DNA of 64,000 nt from Macrostomum lignano. Lineage: Eukaryota. The notes beneath the pieces are model-generated. The model did not search any database, had not been told where the DNA came from, and saw only the letters and a list, made by a program, of their open reading frames with translations. Below are positions 63,858 through 64,000 of this stretch, piece after piece. Numbering within the stretch: the stretch's first letter is position 1; each line of letters starts with the position of its first letter. Position numbers and translations under genes: made by a program. Location of the stretch: positions 1 to 64,000 of the forward strand of contig NIVC01002302.1 of the NCBI GenBank assembly GCA_002269645.1. Direction: 5' to 3'.

Positions 63858-64000
63858 ATGCTGCTCTCCTGGCTGCTGAACCGTTCGCTGGTGGTGGTGC
63901 TGCCTCTGATGCTGCTGCTTGACTCTTCAGCCGCCAAGGTCAGCCAAACTGGAGGCTGCTTGGTCGGCGCCGGCGCTCTCGACTTGAAAGCTGCCGACGT
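63858..64000 (+). CDS. 5' end of a probable secreted protein, running off the window
   Basis: MLLSWLLNRSLVVVLPLMLLLDSSAA|KVSQTGGCLVGAGALDLKAAD: hydrophobic signal-peptide-like N-terminus; acceptor-like TCTCCAG just upstream. Confidence 0.5.
   Translation, partial: MLLSWLLNRSLVVVLPLMLLLDSSAAKVSQTGGCLVGAGALDLKAAD

Overview
Eukaryotic animal genomic DNA. GC-rich exons sit in AT-rich introns packed with minisatellites, a style resembling a free-living flatworm such as Macrostomum (inference, not verified). The first ~4.6 kb is one arm of an integrated Polinton/adintovirus-like (MELD) DNA virus. It contains a frameshifted DDE integrase, an ORF with an adenovirus pX/mu-like motif, a probable pPolB N-terminus, a parvovirus-type PLA2, a spliced RING gene, a 128-bp palindrome and an 82-bp repeat array. 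Host genes follow: SPSB3-like (-), tRNA-Asp(GTC), SEC24C/D (+, 11 coding exons), PKA regulatory subunit RI (-, 6 coding exons), an intronless NxVxG-heptad/RING protein, RPB11 (POLR2J) and the start of a probable secreted protein. Mobile DNA includes an intact LOA/Lian-like LINE inserted into a 41-bp satellite, two truncated relatives, a mariner relic, a mariner-type MITE, a 3-kb foldback/MULE-like element with a 9-bp TSD, hAT-type MITEs, a tRNA-derived SINE and about 20 distinct tandem arrays. All homology calls come from motif recognition by eye; no searches were run.
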